Shown here piece by piece: positions 8,254 to 17,530 of a stretch of 64,000 bases of DNA (positions are counted from its first letter, which is position 1; the number at the start of each line of letters is the position of its first letter). Source of the DNA: an uncultured virus (IMG/VR IMGVR_UViG_3300005436_000011). Taxonomy: Duplodnaviria; Heunggongvirae; Uroviricota; Caudoviricetes. The stretch lies in IMG/VR virus record IMGVR_UViG_3300005436_000011, one strand, 5' to 3'. The notes below the pieces were generated by a model. That model worked only from the letters and a program-made list of their open reading frames with translations, did not search any database and was not told where the DNA came from. The position numbers and the translations under genes were made by a program.

Positions 8254-9129
8254 ATGACCGCGACGCTCACCTCCCAGCTCGTCTTCACCACCCTCGCCGG
8301 CAAGGTTGCCAGCCCGGGCACCGTGGCCGTGACCGACCTCGGCGTGAAGGCAACCGGCCAGGTCATCGTCAAGGCCACGCAGGTGGTCATCGCCTCCCTC
8401 GGGCGGCAGCCGCACCCCACCCGGGTCGGCACCACGATCTTCACCGCCACCCACATCGACGGCACCCAGGTCTACCAGGACGTCTACAAGCGCGAGGCCC
8501 TGGCGGCCATCGTCAAGCACCACAACCAGCTCGTCGCCACAGCTGACGTTGTCGCCGTCACGCACGGTCCGGTTGTCCTCCGCCCCGGCGAGCTCTCCGG
8601 CAAGCAGGTTCGGCAGGCGATCGACCACCCCAAGCTGAGCGGCAGCGAGGTGTACGCGCTCTCCAACTACACCGGCCCCGGCTACCGGTCGATGAACGCG
8701 CACGTCCTCAAGGGCGACGCCAGTGACGCCAGCGAGCACACCCGGGAGCACGTCAAGCACCTCGCGGCGGCGATCGAGCGCTCGGCCGTCACCAAGCCCA
8801 TCGCGCTCCTCCGCACGTTCCCGGCGCACACCGCCCTCCGGGTGTTCGGCGAGGTAGGATCGCAGGTGGGCGGCACGTTCACCGAGCAGCGGTTCACGTC
8901 CACAACCACCGCCGGCCACGCCTTCCCGGCGTTCGGACCGGTCCAGGTCCACTACCACGTCCGTCCCGGCGCCCGGGCCCTGGACGTCAACCGCCACAGC
9001 GGTGGCAATCACCACGACGAGTACGAGGTGATCATGCCTCCCGGGCAGAGCTACCGCATCCTCGCCGACCGGCTGGTCAGCGGCACCCGAGTCATGGAGA
9101 TGGAGACGATCACCGATGAGCCTAGCTGA
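8254..9129 (+). CDS. ADP-ribosyltransferase (VIP2/Alt-like R-S-E family) with uncharacterised N-terminal domain
   Basis: ALSNYTGPGYRSMN helix, LLR, FTSTT, EYEVIMPPG catalytic motifs. Confidence 0.8.
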   Translation: MTATLTSQLVFTTLAGKVASPGTVAVTDLGVKATGQVIVKATQVVIASLGRQPHPTRVGTTIFTATHIDGTQVYQDVYKREALAAIVKHHNQLVATADVVAVTHGPVVLRPGELSGKQVRQAIDHPKLSGSEVYALSNYTGPGYRSMNAHVLKGDASDASEHTREHVKHLAAAIERSAVTKPIALLRTFPAHTALRVFGEVGSQVGGTFTEQRFTSTTTAGHAFPAFGPVQVHYHVRPGARALDVNRHSGGNHHDEYEVIMPPGQSYRILADRLVSGTRVMEMETITDEPS

Positions 9130-9195
9130 GCGCATGGGTCTCACGCCCGAGGCGATCCGGTGGGGTCGCCGCGGGTGGGGCCGGAAGACGGGAAA

Positions 9196-9230
9196 CGAGC
9201 CCCACCCCCGCGGTGAGGAGGTGGGGCTCG
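9196..9230. terminator. hairpin at the convergence of the early and late transcription units
   Basis: CGAGCCCCACC / GGTGGGGCTCG inverted repeat between convergent genes. Confidence 0.55.
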
Positions 9231-9248
9231 AGGTGACGAGCGAGCCGG

Positions 9249-9620
9249 TCAGCTCGCCGGCGGGCCGCCGCGCAGGGTCACCGCCGGCGTCAGGTTCTGA
9301 CGAAACAGCAATCCCAGCACCGCGGACGCCACCGCGGTGATCGCGCCGATCACGGTGGGCGGCAGGTTCAGGCCGAACGCGGCCACGGCCTGCGCGACCG
9401 TGGCCAGCGCGCCGGTCACGACGGAGACGGCCACGGGGCGCGCCTGGACGGCGGTGACGATCGCGGCCAGGGCGGTCGTGATGGTGGTGACGGTCGCGGT
9501 CTGAGTCCCGTCGAGGTTCAGCAGGAAGGCGAGCACGGTGGCCACCCCACCGTTCACCGCCCAGGCCACCACGGCTGGCTCGTAGGCCAGCAGCTCCCTG
9601 AGCTTGGTCAGCAGGTTCAT
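9249..9620 (-). CDS. holin
   Basis: EPAVV start, several hydrophobic helices, RQNLTP C-terminus typical of actinophage holins; last gene of lysis cassette. Confidence 0.75.
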   Translation of the reverse strand: MNLLTKLRELLAYEPAVVAWAVNGGVATVLAFLLNLDGTQTATVTTITTALAAIVTAVQARPVAVSVVTGALATVAQAVAAFGLNLPPTVIGAITAVASAVLGLLFRQNLTPAVTLRGGPPAS

Positions 9621-9661
9621 CGGTTGGTCTCGCTCTCTTTCTCGCTCGGATCGTTCCTCGA

Positions 9662-10489
9662 TCAGACGACGAACTGCTTGTAGTCGACGTAGCCGGCGAG
9701 GCGCTGCAGGGTCGACAGGTGCAGCCGGTACGAGCCCTTGTCGCCCCAGCTGGCGCCCCACGAGTTGCGGACCCGGACCACGCAGGCCTCGAGGTCGAGC
9801 TTCCGCTCGGTGGCCCACGCGACCCGCTCCGCGGCGCTGACGCAGGTCTCGTGGCCGCCTGCGACCCCGGAGTTGAGGGCGCGCTGCAGGTCCTCCACGG
9901 TGCCGTTGCCGTCGACGAAGCCCTGCGCGTCCGGCTCCATCCACGCGTTGAACCACGGTGAACCCATGATGACGGTGCCGCCCTGCAGCAGGGACACGAG
10001 GCCGTGCACGTCGTGGGCGGTGCGGTGGCCCTTGATGAGGCCCTGGGTCTCGAGCTCGTGGCAGACGTAGAGGCCGGTGGAGCCGCAGTCGGTGGGCGGC
10101 CACTCCTGGGAGGGATCGCCGGTCTGGTACGTGACCGAGTGGTAGAGCTTGATCGCGAACTCCTCGTTCGCGACCGGGTCGGTGAGGGACAGGCCGGCGT
10201 CGGTGACCGCCTGCGCGCCGACCCGCGTGAACAGGTGACCAGCCAGGGACACGGTGCCGGCGTTGCAGGTGCACGAGCCGAGCGCGTCGACGTCCGGGGA
10301 GCCGGGGACGAGCTGGCTGGTGTGGATTCCCTGCGCGAGCAGGTCCTCCTGGTCGAGCACGGGAACGGGCGGCTCGTGGTCGACCTCCACGAGCGGCTCA
10401 CCGCGGTGGAAGTGCAGCGTCTCGAGCCGGAGCGGCTCAGCGACCTGGTAGCGGCCGAACTTGGTGCGGGTGGTGCCGTTGTACGTCAC
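9662..10489 (-). CDS. papain-like (C1-type) cysteine peptidase
   Basis: LDQ...GSCTCNA, GGHETC, VRNSWGASWGDKG catalytic Q/C/H/N motifs; GTGA coupling. Confidence 0.8.
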   Translation of the reverse strand: MTYNGTTRTKFGRYQVAEPLRLETLHFHRGEPLVEVDHEPPVPVLDQEDLLAQGIHTSQLVPGSPDVDALGSCTCNAGTVSLAGHLFTRVGAQAVTDAGLSLTDPVANEEFAIKLYHSVTYQTGDPSQEWPPTDCGSTGLYVCHELETQGLIKGHRTAHDVHGLVSLLQGGTVIMGSPWFNAWMEPDAQGFVDGNGTVEDLQRALNSGVAGGHETCVSAAERVAWATERKLDLEACVVRVRNSWGASWGDKGSYRLHLSTLQRLAGYVDYKQFVV

Positions 10490-10794
10490 GCGGGTGGTCC
10501 TGTCTGATCGTTGATCCCGAGGTGGTTGTGAACGGCGTCGAGCTTGTCGCCGTGGGCGTCGAGCTTGGCGTCGTGGTTCTGCTGTCGGTCTGCGATCAGC
10601 TGCTGGCCGACCATGATCACGCTGAGCATGACGAGCTGGATGAAGGTCTGCGACAGCCACTGCACGTAGTCCGGGAGCTGGCTCGAGCCGTAGGGGAAGC
10701 CCACGATCGCGAGCGCGACGAAGACGTACGCGCACCACATGGTGCCCACCAGGTCAGTGATCTTGACCGCGAGCCACTCGTTGACGCGTCTCAC
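10486..10794 (-). CDS. two-TM membrane protein (DUF1003-like) in lysis cassette
   Basis: GTMWCAYVF...WLSQTFIQLVMLSVIMVGQ pattern. Confidence 0.65.
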   Translation of the reverse strand: MRRVNEWLAVKITDLVGTMWCAYVFVALAIVGFPYGSSQLPDYVQWLSQTFIQLVMLSVIMVGQQLIADRQQNHDAKLDAHGDKLDAVHNHLGINDQTGPPA

Positions 10795-10798
10795 CGGG

Positions 10799-11707
10799 TC
10801 ACGCCTGGGCCACGACCGTGGTGACGCCGCTGCCGACGTCCGTGATCTTCCAGCTGCCGGGCACGGTGACGTCGACCGCGGCGCCGCTGATCGCGACGCC
10901 GGTGACGTTGACCAGGCGGGGCGTGTCGACGCCGACCCGGGAGATCCGAACCCACTCGGCGAGCGTGGCCTGCTCCACCCACACGCCGTCGCCGCTCGCG
11001 CCCTTGACGGTCGTGGGGTAGGCGGCGAGCAGGTCGGCGCGCTCCGCGGCGGTCGCGAGGCCGACGTACACGCCGAACTCGTCGCGCCACACGCCGAACG
11101 GGAAGAGCGAGTTGCCGTCGTTCACGTCCGTGACGGCCGACGCCATGAACAGCACGGGACTGGGTGCCACGTCATCATCTCCCTGGTTGTCGTTGGGGCT
11201 CGGCGCGGGGTCGACGCCGGGCCAGTAGTCGGCGACGATCGACTCGTCCCAGTGGCCGCCCGGCGTGTCGGTGAACTGGTGAGCCACCGCCCCGACCGGG
11301 ATGACCGGCTCGCCGCTCACGTCGGTGGGTGAGGGATAGCCAGAGATCCAGTAGGTCGGCTGAGGCACGCCGCGGTCGTGGAACGCGGCCTGGCACGCGC
11401 CCCAGTTGAAGTAGCCGCAGTAGACGACCGGGTTCGGGTGCCCCGCGGCGCGGCGCGCCTCCACCCAGTCGACGGCCTGGTCGGCCGTGGCGTCCCCCGT
11501 CTCCCGATCGATGACGTCCCCGTCGTTGGTGCTCGAGAACACCGCGACCCGCACGTGCTGGCTCCCCGGGAAGCGGTCCCAGCCAGCCGCTGGCCACGCG
11601 TAGGCGCCGTCGATGTAGCCGGCAACCAGGGCCCACGGCTCCCCGGTCTGCGGGTCACTCACGGGGATGTCGGTGGGGGTGATGGAGTCCGCCATGCGTC
11701 TGGTCAC
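10799..11707 (-). CDS. endolysin, GH25-like muramidase domain
   Basis: AGYIDG, DxE (DRETGDA), PVVYC, YWISGY, AHQFTD, WDES pattern; position in lysis cassette. Confidence 0.65.
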   Translation of the reverse strand: MTRRMADSITPTDIPVSDPQTGEPWALVAGYIDGAYAWPAAGWDRFPGSQHVRVAVFSSTNDGDVIDRETGDATADQAVDWVEARRAAGHPNPVVYCGYFNWGACQAAFHDRGVPQPTYWISGYPSPTDVSGEPVIPVGAVAHQFTDTPGGHWDESIVADYWPGVDPAPSPNDNQGDDDVAPSPVLFMASAVTDVNDGNSLFPFGVWRDEFGVYVGLATAAERADLLAAYPTTVKGASGDGVWVEQATLAEWVRISRVGVDTPRLVNVTGVAISGAAVDVTVPGSWKITDVGSGVTTVVAQA

Positions 11708-12138
11708 GTGGTCAACCTCCTGACGAGCTTGGACGCCTCGTAGTCGGCGGCCGCGAGCACGTGCACCCCGCCGTGGCCGCGGTGGTGCGTCTGGCAGAGC
11801 AGGGTGAGGTTCTCGTCCCCGTCGAGCCACGCGCCGACCCCGGCCGTCGTGACGCCGGGCCACTGCTCCTCGAGCAGTGCCGCGTCGGCGCCGTTCAGGA
11901 GCGCGAACTCGAGGTGCGTGTGGTGTGCCTCGAGCGGGTGGGCGCCGTCGCACTCCGAGGCGTCACCGTCCCGGAACTGAGCCGCGAAGTCGCAGTGATA
12001 CGTGCCGGCCTCGCGGCGGCGGCGCTTGTATTCCTCGAACTCGGCGCGGTGCGGGTCCTCGGCGCGGGGCTCGTGTGCCGGGTAGTGAACCACGTAGGAG
12101 TGGGTCACCCGCTGGTCGTGAGCTGGGACGTCGGTCAC
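11704..12138 (-). CDS. HNH-like His/Cys protein of the lysis cassette
   Basis: LEAHH...NLTLLCQTHHRGHGGVH motif; GTGA coupled on both sides. Confidence 0.6.
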   Translation of the reverse strand: MTDVPAHDQRVTHSYVVHYPAHEPRAEDPHRAEFEEYKRRRREAGTYHCDFAAQFRDGDASECDGAHPLEAHHTHLEFALLNGADAALLEEQWPGVTTAGVGAWLDGDENLTLLCQTHHRGHGGVHVLAAADYEASKLVRRLTT

Positions 12139-12539
12139 CGGGTCACCCGCCTCTCCGCTCGCTGCGGCCGCTCGAGGTCGGTCACGCGGCGGTCGAGGTC
12201 GTCGACGACGCCGCGGATGTGGTTGAGGTGACCGTCGACGCGACCCACGACGTCCTTGACCGACTTGCCACCGTTGGGGTTGAGCTCCGTCTCGACGGCT
12301 GCGACCCGGCCCTCGATGCACCTGAGGGCGCTGTCCTGCTGGGACAGGCGCTCCATGACGCCGGGACGATGCGGGACGCCGGGGCGCGCCTCCGCGCCGT
12401 TCCAGTCCTCGAGAAAGAAGTCGAACTTCGCGTTGAACTTCCGGATCTTGCGGAGGACCCACGCACCGCCACCGACGAACGCGATGGAGCCAGCTCCGAG
12501 GCCCCCGATGATGGACGCCACGGTGTTGAAGTCGGTCAT
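12135..12539 (-). CDS. single-TM coiled-coil membrane protein (holin-associated)
   Basis: N-terminal TM, DWNGAEARPGVP.RPGVMERL and ELNPNGGKSVKD motifs common in actinophage lysis regions. Confidence 0.65.
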   Translation of the reverse strand: MTDFNTVASIIGGLGAGSIAFVGGGAWVLRKIRKFNAKFDFFLEDWNGAEARPGVPHRPGVMERLSQQDSALRCIEGRVAAVETELNPNGGKSVKDVVGRVDGHLNHIRGVVDDLDRRVTDLERPQRAERRVTR

Positions 12540-12578
12540 GCTGGCTCCCTCACTGCTGGGTTTTTCGGGTGGGTCTTC

Positions 12579-12866
12579 TCACGCGCTGTACTGCCGCGTG
12601 AAGACGCCGTTCTGCACGATCGAGAAGCCAGCCGAGAGGGCGGGCGTCTCGTTTGAGTAGGCCGGCTGTGAGACGAGCCAGTCGGTCGGGTGAACGACGT
12701 TCATGAACATCTCGTTGCCGACCTGGCACGTCGACGCGACGTTGGTCACGGTGTTCGTGAACACCGACCAGCTGTTCCCGATAACGGTCTGAAGCTCAGC
12801 CGCGTTGGTGCCGGTGTACTGAACTGCCTCTACCGTTCCGAGAAGGGTGTGATTGCTCGCGGGCAC
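12579..12866 (-). CDS. hypothetical protein
   Basis: AGGAGAGG RBS; VEAVQYTGTN motif. Confidence 0.6.
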   Translation of the reverse strand: MPASNHTLLGTVEAVQYTGTNAAELQTVIGNSWSVFTNTVTNVASTCQVGNEMFMNVVHPTDWLVSQPAYSNETPALSAGFSIVQNGVFTRQYSA

Positions 12867-12878
12867 GGTTTTCCTCTC

Positions 12879-13415
12879 CTAGGCGTGGATCCACATGACG
12901 AACATGGTGCTCGTGTTGTTGGAGCCGTTCTGAGTGCTGAGGCTGCCGCCGGACGTCTGCGTGCCGAGCAGCTCGACGTAGTCGTTGACGCTGACCTGCG
13001 TCATGACCGTCGTGGCGGGAACGTTGGTGTTGACGCCGCCGGCGGTGTTCGTGGGCAGGATGATCTGACTGCCGATGAGGAGCGACGACCCGTTGAGCCG
13101 CAGGGTAGCGGCTCGGGCACCCGTGGCGTTCGGCTGCCACGCGGTGCTGCCGCCGATGAGGTAGGTGCCGGCTACCTGAAACGTGTAGCGCGTGTTGTTG
13201 GTGACGGTGCTGTGACCGTTGTACGTGTCGATGAGCGAGCCATCGAGCACGATGGGCGTCGCCGACCCGCTGCCGACGCTCTGTGGGTTGATCTGGTACA
13301 GCGACGCGATCGGTGGGTTCTCGAGAAACGAGATGCCGCTGTAGAAGGTGTTGATGTTGTCCGCGGTGACGACCTCGCCGACCACGAACTGGTGAGGCAC
13401 GGGAACGCTGGCCAT
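12879..13415 (-). CDS. minor tail protein
   Basis: FVVGEVVTADNIN N-terminus and C1q-like beta domain (YTFQVAGTYLI, DYVEL). Confidence 0.7.
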   Translation of the reverse strand: MASVPVPHQFVVGEVVTADNINTFYSGISFLENPPIASLYQINPQSVGSGSATPIVLDGSLIDTYNGHSTVTNNTRYTFQVAGTYLIGGSTAWQPNATGARAATLRLNGSSLLIGSQIILPTNTAGGVNTNVPATTVMTQVSVNDYVELLGTQTSGGSLSTQNGSNNTSTMFVMWIHA

Positions 13416-13423
13416 GGGATCTC

Positions 13424-16400
13424 CTACCAGGTGACGACGTTGCCGTCGTCGAGCTGCCCGTGGATCGGGTCGTTGAGGATGAGGCCGAGGACGGTGAGGG
13501 TCGCGATGGAGGTGGGCATCAGGTCAAACGTGATGGCCCACTGCCCCTCCTTGTAGTTGACGAGCTGATGCACGCCGATGATGGTCACGTCAAGCGAGAT
13601 CGAGCTCGCGCCGACGGGGCGACGGTTGAGGGTGACGCGGTCCCCGATGTCGAGGCTCAGCAGGGTCGAGAAGAACGCCGAGTTTGCGCCCGGGGTGAAG
13701 GTGACGCTCTGCACGCGCTGCTTAGGCTGAGCGTACTGGCTGGCGAGCCAGTTCGCGAGGTCGATCGACTGGGTGACGCTGCTGAAGAGGCTGGTCAGCT
13801 GCTGGCTGCGGTCCCCGTAGCTGCTGATGGAGGTCAGGTTCTTGACGTAGATGACGGGGCTGCTGACCGTCGTCTGCCCGAACGCGGGGGTTCCCTGGTG
13901 GGTAACCTGGATGTCGTTGTAGACGTACTGCGGGTCGTAGTCGAGCTCCACGTCGACGAGGTAGGGGATCTCGCCGGCGGCCGTGTTCTCCCCGAAGACG
14001 GCTTGGACGCCGCGGTCGAGCGCGTGGTTGCGCGTGCGGTAGACGAGGTAGCCGTTCTTGTCGACGTAGAGCAGTGCCTGCTCGGTGGTTCCCACGTTGT
14101 CGATGGCCGCCGCGACGCCGGAGCCGTCGATCGTGGTCGCGCCGGCGAGCTGGCTCGTGCCCACGTCGTAGTACACGCGGTGCGGCACGGGCCACAGCAT
14201 GTAGGAGAGGAGCCGGGACACGCGCCAGTCACCGAAGTCACCGGCGAGGGCGTTGATGCCGGTCTGGTTGTATGTGACGAGGCGCGAGAAGCTGAGCTCG
14301 CGGGGAAAAACGCAGATGTGGCTGACGCCCATGTTGCAGAAGTAGCCCGACTCGAAGCGGTCGGCGCGCCCAACGAAGCTGAAGTAGGACCAGTTCGTCG
14401 TCATGCTGTCCGTGCCGGTGAGGACCTCGGCGTTGCCGACGTAGAGCGTGAAGCCGGTGTTGTCGAAGTTGAGCATCATCGGCAACGTGATGTTGGTGCA
14501 CGGGAACGCGCCCGGGGTGTGGTCGGTGGGGGTGCCGGCCGTGTTCCAGGTGGTGACGTTCGCGTGGAAGGACGTGTCGATCCAGACCTGGATGATGGGC
14601 CCGGTCTGGCCGATGGCGGTGAAGACGGCGTTGCGGGTCTGGGTCGTGATGGGGCCGCCGGGGGAGGGGATGCGCATCCACCACGCGACGCAGACGCCCT
14701 CGTTGATGGGCGGCAGGGGCGGCCCATTGTAGGTGAGCGTGAAGCCGACGTTGCCCTGGCTGGACAGGAGGCCCTTGAGCTCCCAGTTGGTGCCGGTGTC
14801 GCCCACGAGCTGAACGAGGTTGCTGCCGAAGGCCTGCGTGCTGTTGCCGGCGCCGTTCTTGGCCTCGATGATCGTGAGCGGCGTCGAGTTGTTGCCGAGG
14901 CCGATGTTGACCGCGGTGCTCGAGCTGTTGCCGTCGGCGCACGGCCAGTAGCCGACGGGGCTGTCGAGGAGGCGCTCGCCCTTGACGATGCTGGGAAGGA
15001 TGCCGACGAACATGGCCCACGCGTCGACGCCGACGGCGTTGACCTGACCCCAGTGCGGGTCGGTCCACACCTCGGGCCACCGCTCCATGAAGCCGGTGAA
15101 CACGGGATAGATCTTGCCCTGCCAGATGGCGGTGAGGCGGATGGGCGTGTAGGCCTGGATGGTGTAGGGGCTCGCCGGGTTGTTGGGGGTGAGGTAGCCA
15201 TCGTCGTTGCGCAGCACGAAGTCGACCTCGGCGGACTCGAGCGAGTTGAGCTCGTACTGTCGGCCGCGCTTGAGGTTGTGGGACAGGAGCCGGTTGGAGA
15301 TGTCGACGTACTGCAGCTGGTCGGGTGGCGTGCTGGAGGGGTAGCCGAACGCGGCCTCGAGCTTGAGGTAGGGCCAGTTCGCGTTGACCACGGCGGGCTG
15401 GGTTTGAGGGATCAGGCGAATCGCCGCGGTCGCGGTCGCGTCGCAGATGGAGACGCCGTTCTGCTGGGTGATGGTGCCGCGGCCGATGTACGTGTGGGCG
15501 CTGGTGGGCGGCGTGTTGTTCTGGGTCACCTTCAGGGTCGCGAACGCGGCCGCGGCCGGTGCGACGCCGATGACGAAGTTGTTGGTCCACGTGTTGCTGA
15601 TCGTGCTGAACTGGGCGCTCGTCGAGGAGCTGATGGCGACGAGGCTCGAGTTGAGGAATGTCAGGGTGACGGTGTAGCCGTTCCACGTCGCGGTTCCCGC
15701 GCCGAACAGGTAGGCGTCCGCCTGGTAGACGAACCCCGGCGTGACGGCCGGCGCGGCCGTCGTCGTGATCTGCACGCTGTTCGTGCTGCTGGTCCCGTTG
15801 GGGGTCCACAGGGCGATGTTGTTCGACGTCAGGCGCGTGTCGGCGCTGTTGTTGGGCCACGAGAAGCCGCTGACCGCCGCGAGGGTCGCGTTGGTCGCGC
15901 TCCATCCCGAAGTGCCGGGGGCGAAGACGGGGTTGTTGTTGAGCGGATTGACCGAGTAGACCCGGGAGTTGTTGCCGCCGCTGGTGACCTGCGCCACGAT
16001 GTTGACCGCGACGTCACCGAGCGTGTCGACGTTGTTGATGCTGTGAACCGTGTGGTCGTCGTAGGCGCTCCACCCGTTGAGAAGGACCTGGTCGATCGTC
16101 CAGGACGTGGCCCGGTTGGTCGCGGCCGCGGAGATGACGAGGTCGGTCTGCGAGGGCGTGGTGGTCACGCCGGTCGCGGAGGAGAGAGCGAACGCGCTCG
16201 CGGTGGTGTCGACGTCGAGCCAGGACGGCATGCCGCTGACCTGCCACACCTGAGCCGCCATGCCGGTGACCTGGCTGAGCGGCGCGATGGACACCTCGGT
16301 GGTCGACGCCGACACGTTGGGTGCGGCCCAGATGGCGACGCGCGCCGCGGAGCTGAACCCGCCGTTGGGCACGAGGGTCACCTGGGACGCGTACATGATG

Positions 16401-17530
16401 TCCCACGGCTTGGGGTTCGCGAACATGACGACGCCGACGCCGACGAACGCGGCGTTCGTCGGCGCCTGGCCCGCGACCGTCACCTGCGACCACTCACCCT
16501 GCGGCGCGAAGGAGCTGTTGGAGTAGGTGGTGGAGATGAACACCTTGGAGCCGTCGTACCAGTTGAGCGCCGTCGCGACGTAGTAGTACCCGGTGGGTGA
16601 GTAGAAGTACGCGTTGCCGGTGTAGAACAGGGACGGCGTGATCCCCACCAGGTCAGCGGTGTCCGTCATCAGGCTGACTTGGCTCGACGTGCCGCTGGGC
16701 GAGATCTTGATCGACGGCAGGTTGTTGAGCGTCTCCGCGGTGGAGGACGTGAACGTCGCCCCGGAACCGGTCCAGCCGGTCAGGGGCGCGTTCACGGCGA
16801 AGTACGGGTTGACGTTGAGCACCGTCTGCTCGGCGAGGCCCGCGTTCGACGCGTACCAGATGTTGGCCGCGGTGGGCGTGCCGCCGGCGGCCACGGTCAC
16901 CGTCGCGGTCACCGCGGTGCCGGGTGCCTTCGCGCTGGTGACCACCTGGGTCCAGGTCTGGGCGCTGACGACGTTGTCCGCCCCCGTCACCGTGGAGATG
17001 ACGGTGCCGCCGCCGTCGTACCAGGTGATGTCCACGTGCACGTGGGACTCGGCGCTCGTGAACCACACGTAGGCGGAGCCGGTGACGAGGTTGTAGCGGA
17101 TGTTCGAGATGTTGACCTTGCCGCTGGTGATCGACACCGTGGCGCTGGTGCCGTTGTTGACGACCTGGCCCGCGAAGGCGTTGTTGCCGAGGGTGCGCGC
17201 GGCGCTCGCGGTCAGGGTGCCGTTGGTCGCGGTCCAGCCGGTCGTCGTGCCGCTCTGAAAGCTGTAGTTCTGGTTGAGCAGGAACGTCGCGCTCGTGGGG
17301 GACACGGGAGACGTCGCGACGGGCACCCAGTAGTTGCTGCCGTCGTCGCCGACGCTGATCGACGCGGGAAGCTGAGGCACCTCGTGCCAACCCACGAACG
17401 CGAACAACCAGTTGCCGCCGCTGACGCTGCTGATCGCGATGTTCAGCATCTGGTTGCTGGGCTGCGTCGTGGTGTAGATGTCCGGCACCGACCACGAGCC
17501 GCCCCACGTGTTGGTGACCACGGGGGCCAT
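13424..17530 (-). CDS. large minor tail protein with carbohydrate-binding-like repeats and baseplate hub region
   Basis: TGATG coupled to tape measure; repeated LN.N..F....GW modules; RGRQYEL...NDDG.LTP hub motif; LamG-like region. Confidence 0.8.
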   Translation of the reverse strand: MAPVVTNTWGGSWSVPDIYTTTQPSNQMLNIAISSVSGGNWLFAFVGWHEVPQLPASISVGDDGSNYWVPVATSPVSPTSATFLLNQNYSFQSGTTTGWTATNGTLTASAARTLGNNAFAGQVVNNGTSATVSITSGKVNISNIRYNLVTGSAYVWFTSAESHVHVDITWYDGGGTVISTVTGADNVVSAQTWTQVVTSAKAPGTAVTATVTVAAGGTPTAANIWYASNAGLAEQTVLNVNPYFAVNAPLTGWTGSGATFTSSTAETLNNLPSIKISPSGTSSQVSLMTDTADLVGITPSLFYTGNAYFYSPTGYYYVATALNWYDGSKVFISTTYSNSSFAPQGEWSQVTVAGQAPTNAAFVGVGVVMFANPKPWDIMYASQVTLVPNGGFSSAARVAIWAAPNVSASTTEVSIAPLSQVTGMAAQVWQVSGMPSWLDVDTTASAFALSSATGVTTTPSQTDLVISAAATNRATSWTIDQVLLNGWSAYDDHTVHSINNVDTLGDVAVNIVAQVTSGGNNSRVYSVNPLNNNPVFAPGTSGWSATNATLAAVSGFSWPNNSADTRLTSNNIALWTPNGTSSTNSVQITTTAAPAVTPGFVYQADAYLFGAGTATWNGYTVTLTFLNSSLVAISSSTSAQFSTISNTWTNNFVIGVAPAAAAFATLKVTQNNTPPTSAHTYIGRGTITQQNGVSICDATATAAIRLIPQTQPAVVNANWPYLKLEAAFGYPSSTPPDQLQYVDISNRLLSHNLKRGRQYELNSLESAEVDFVLRNDDGYLTPNNPASPYTIQAYTPIRLTAIWQGKIYPVFTGFMERWPEVWTDPHWGQVNAVGVDAWAMFVGILPSIVKGERLLDSPVGYWPCADGNSSSTAVNIGLGNNSTPLTIIEAKNGAGNSTQAFGSNLVQLVGDTGTNWELKGLLSSQGNVGFTLTYNGPPLPPINEGVCVAWWMRIPSPGGPITTQTRNAVFTAIGQTGPIIQVWIDTSFHANVTTWNTAGTPTDHTPGAFPCTNITLPMMLNFDNTGFTLYVGNAEVLTGTDSMTTNWSYFSFVGRADRFESGYFCNMGVSHICVFPRELSFSRLVTYNQTGINALAGDFGDWRVSRLLSYMLWPVPHRVYYDVGTSQLAGATTIDGSGVAAAIDNVGTTEQALLYVDKNGYLVYRTRNHALDRGVQAVFGENTAAGEIPYLVDVELDYDPQYVYNDIQVTHQGTPAFGQTTVSSPVIYVKNLTSISSYGDRSQQLTSLFSSVTQSIDLANWLASQYAQPKQRVQSVTFTPGANSAFFSTLLSLDIGDRVTLNRRPVGASSISLDVTIIGVHQLVNYKEGQWAITFDLMPTSIATLTVLGLILNDPIHGQLDDGNVVTW

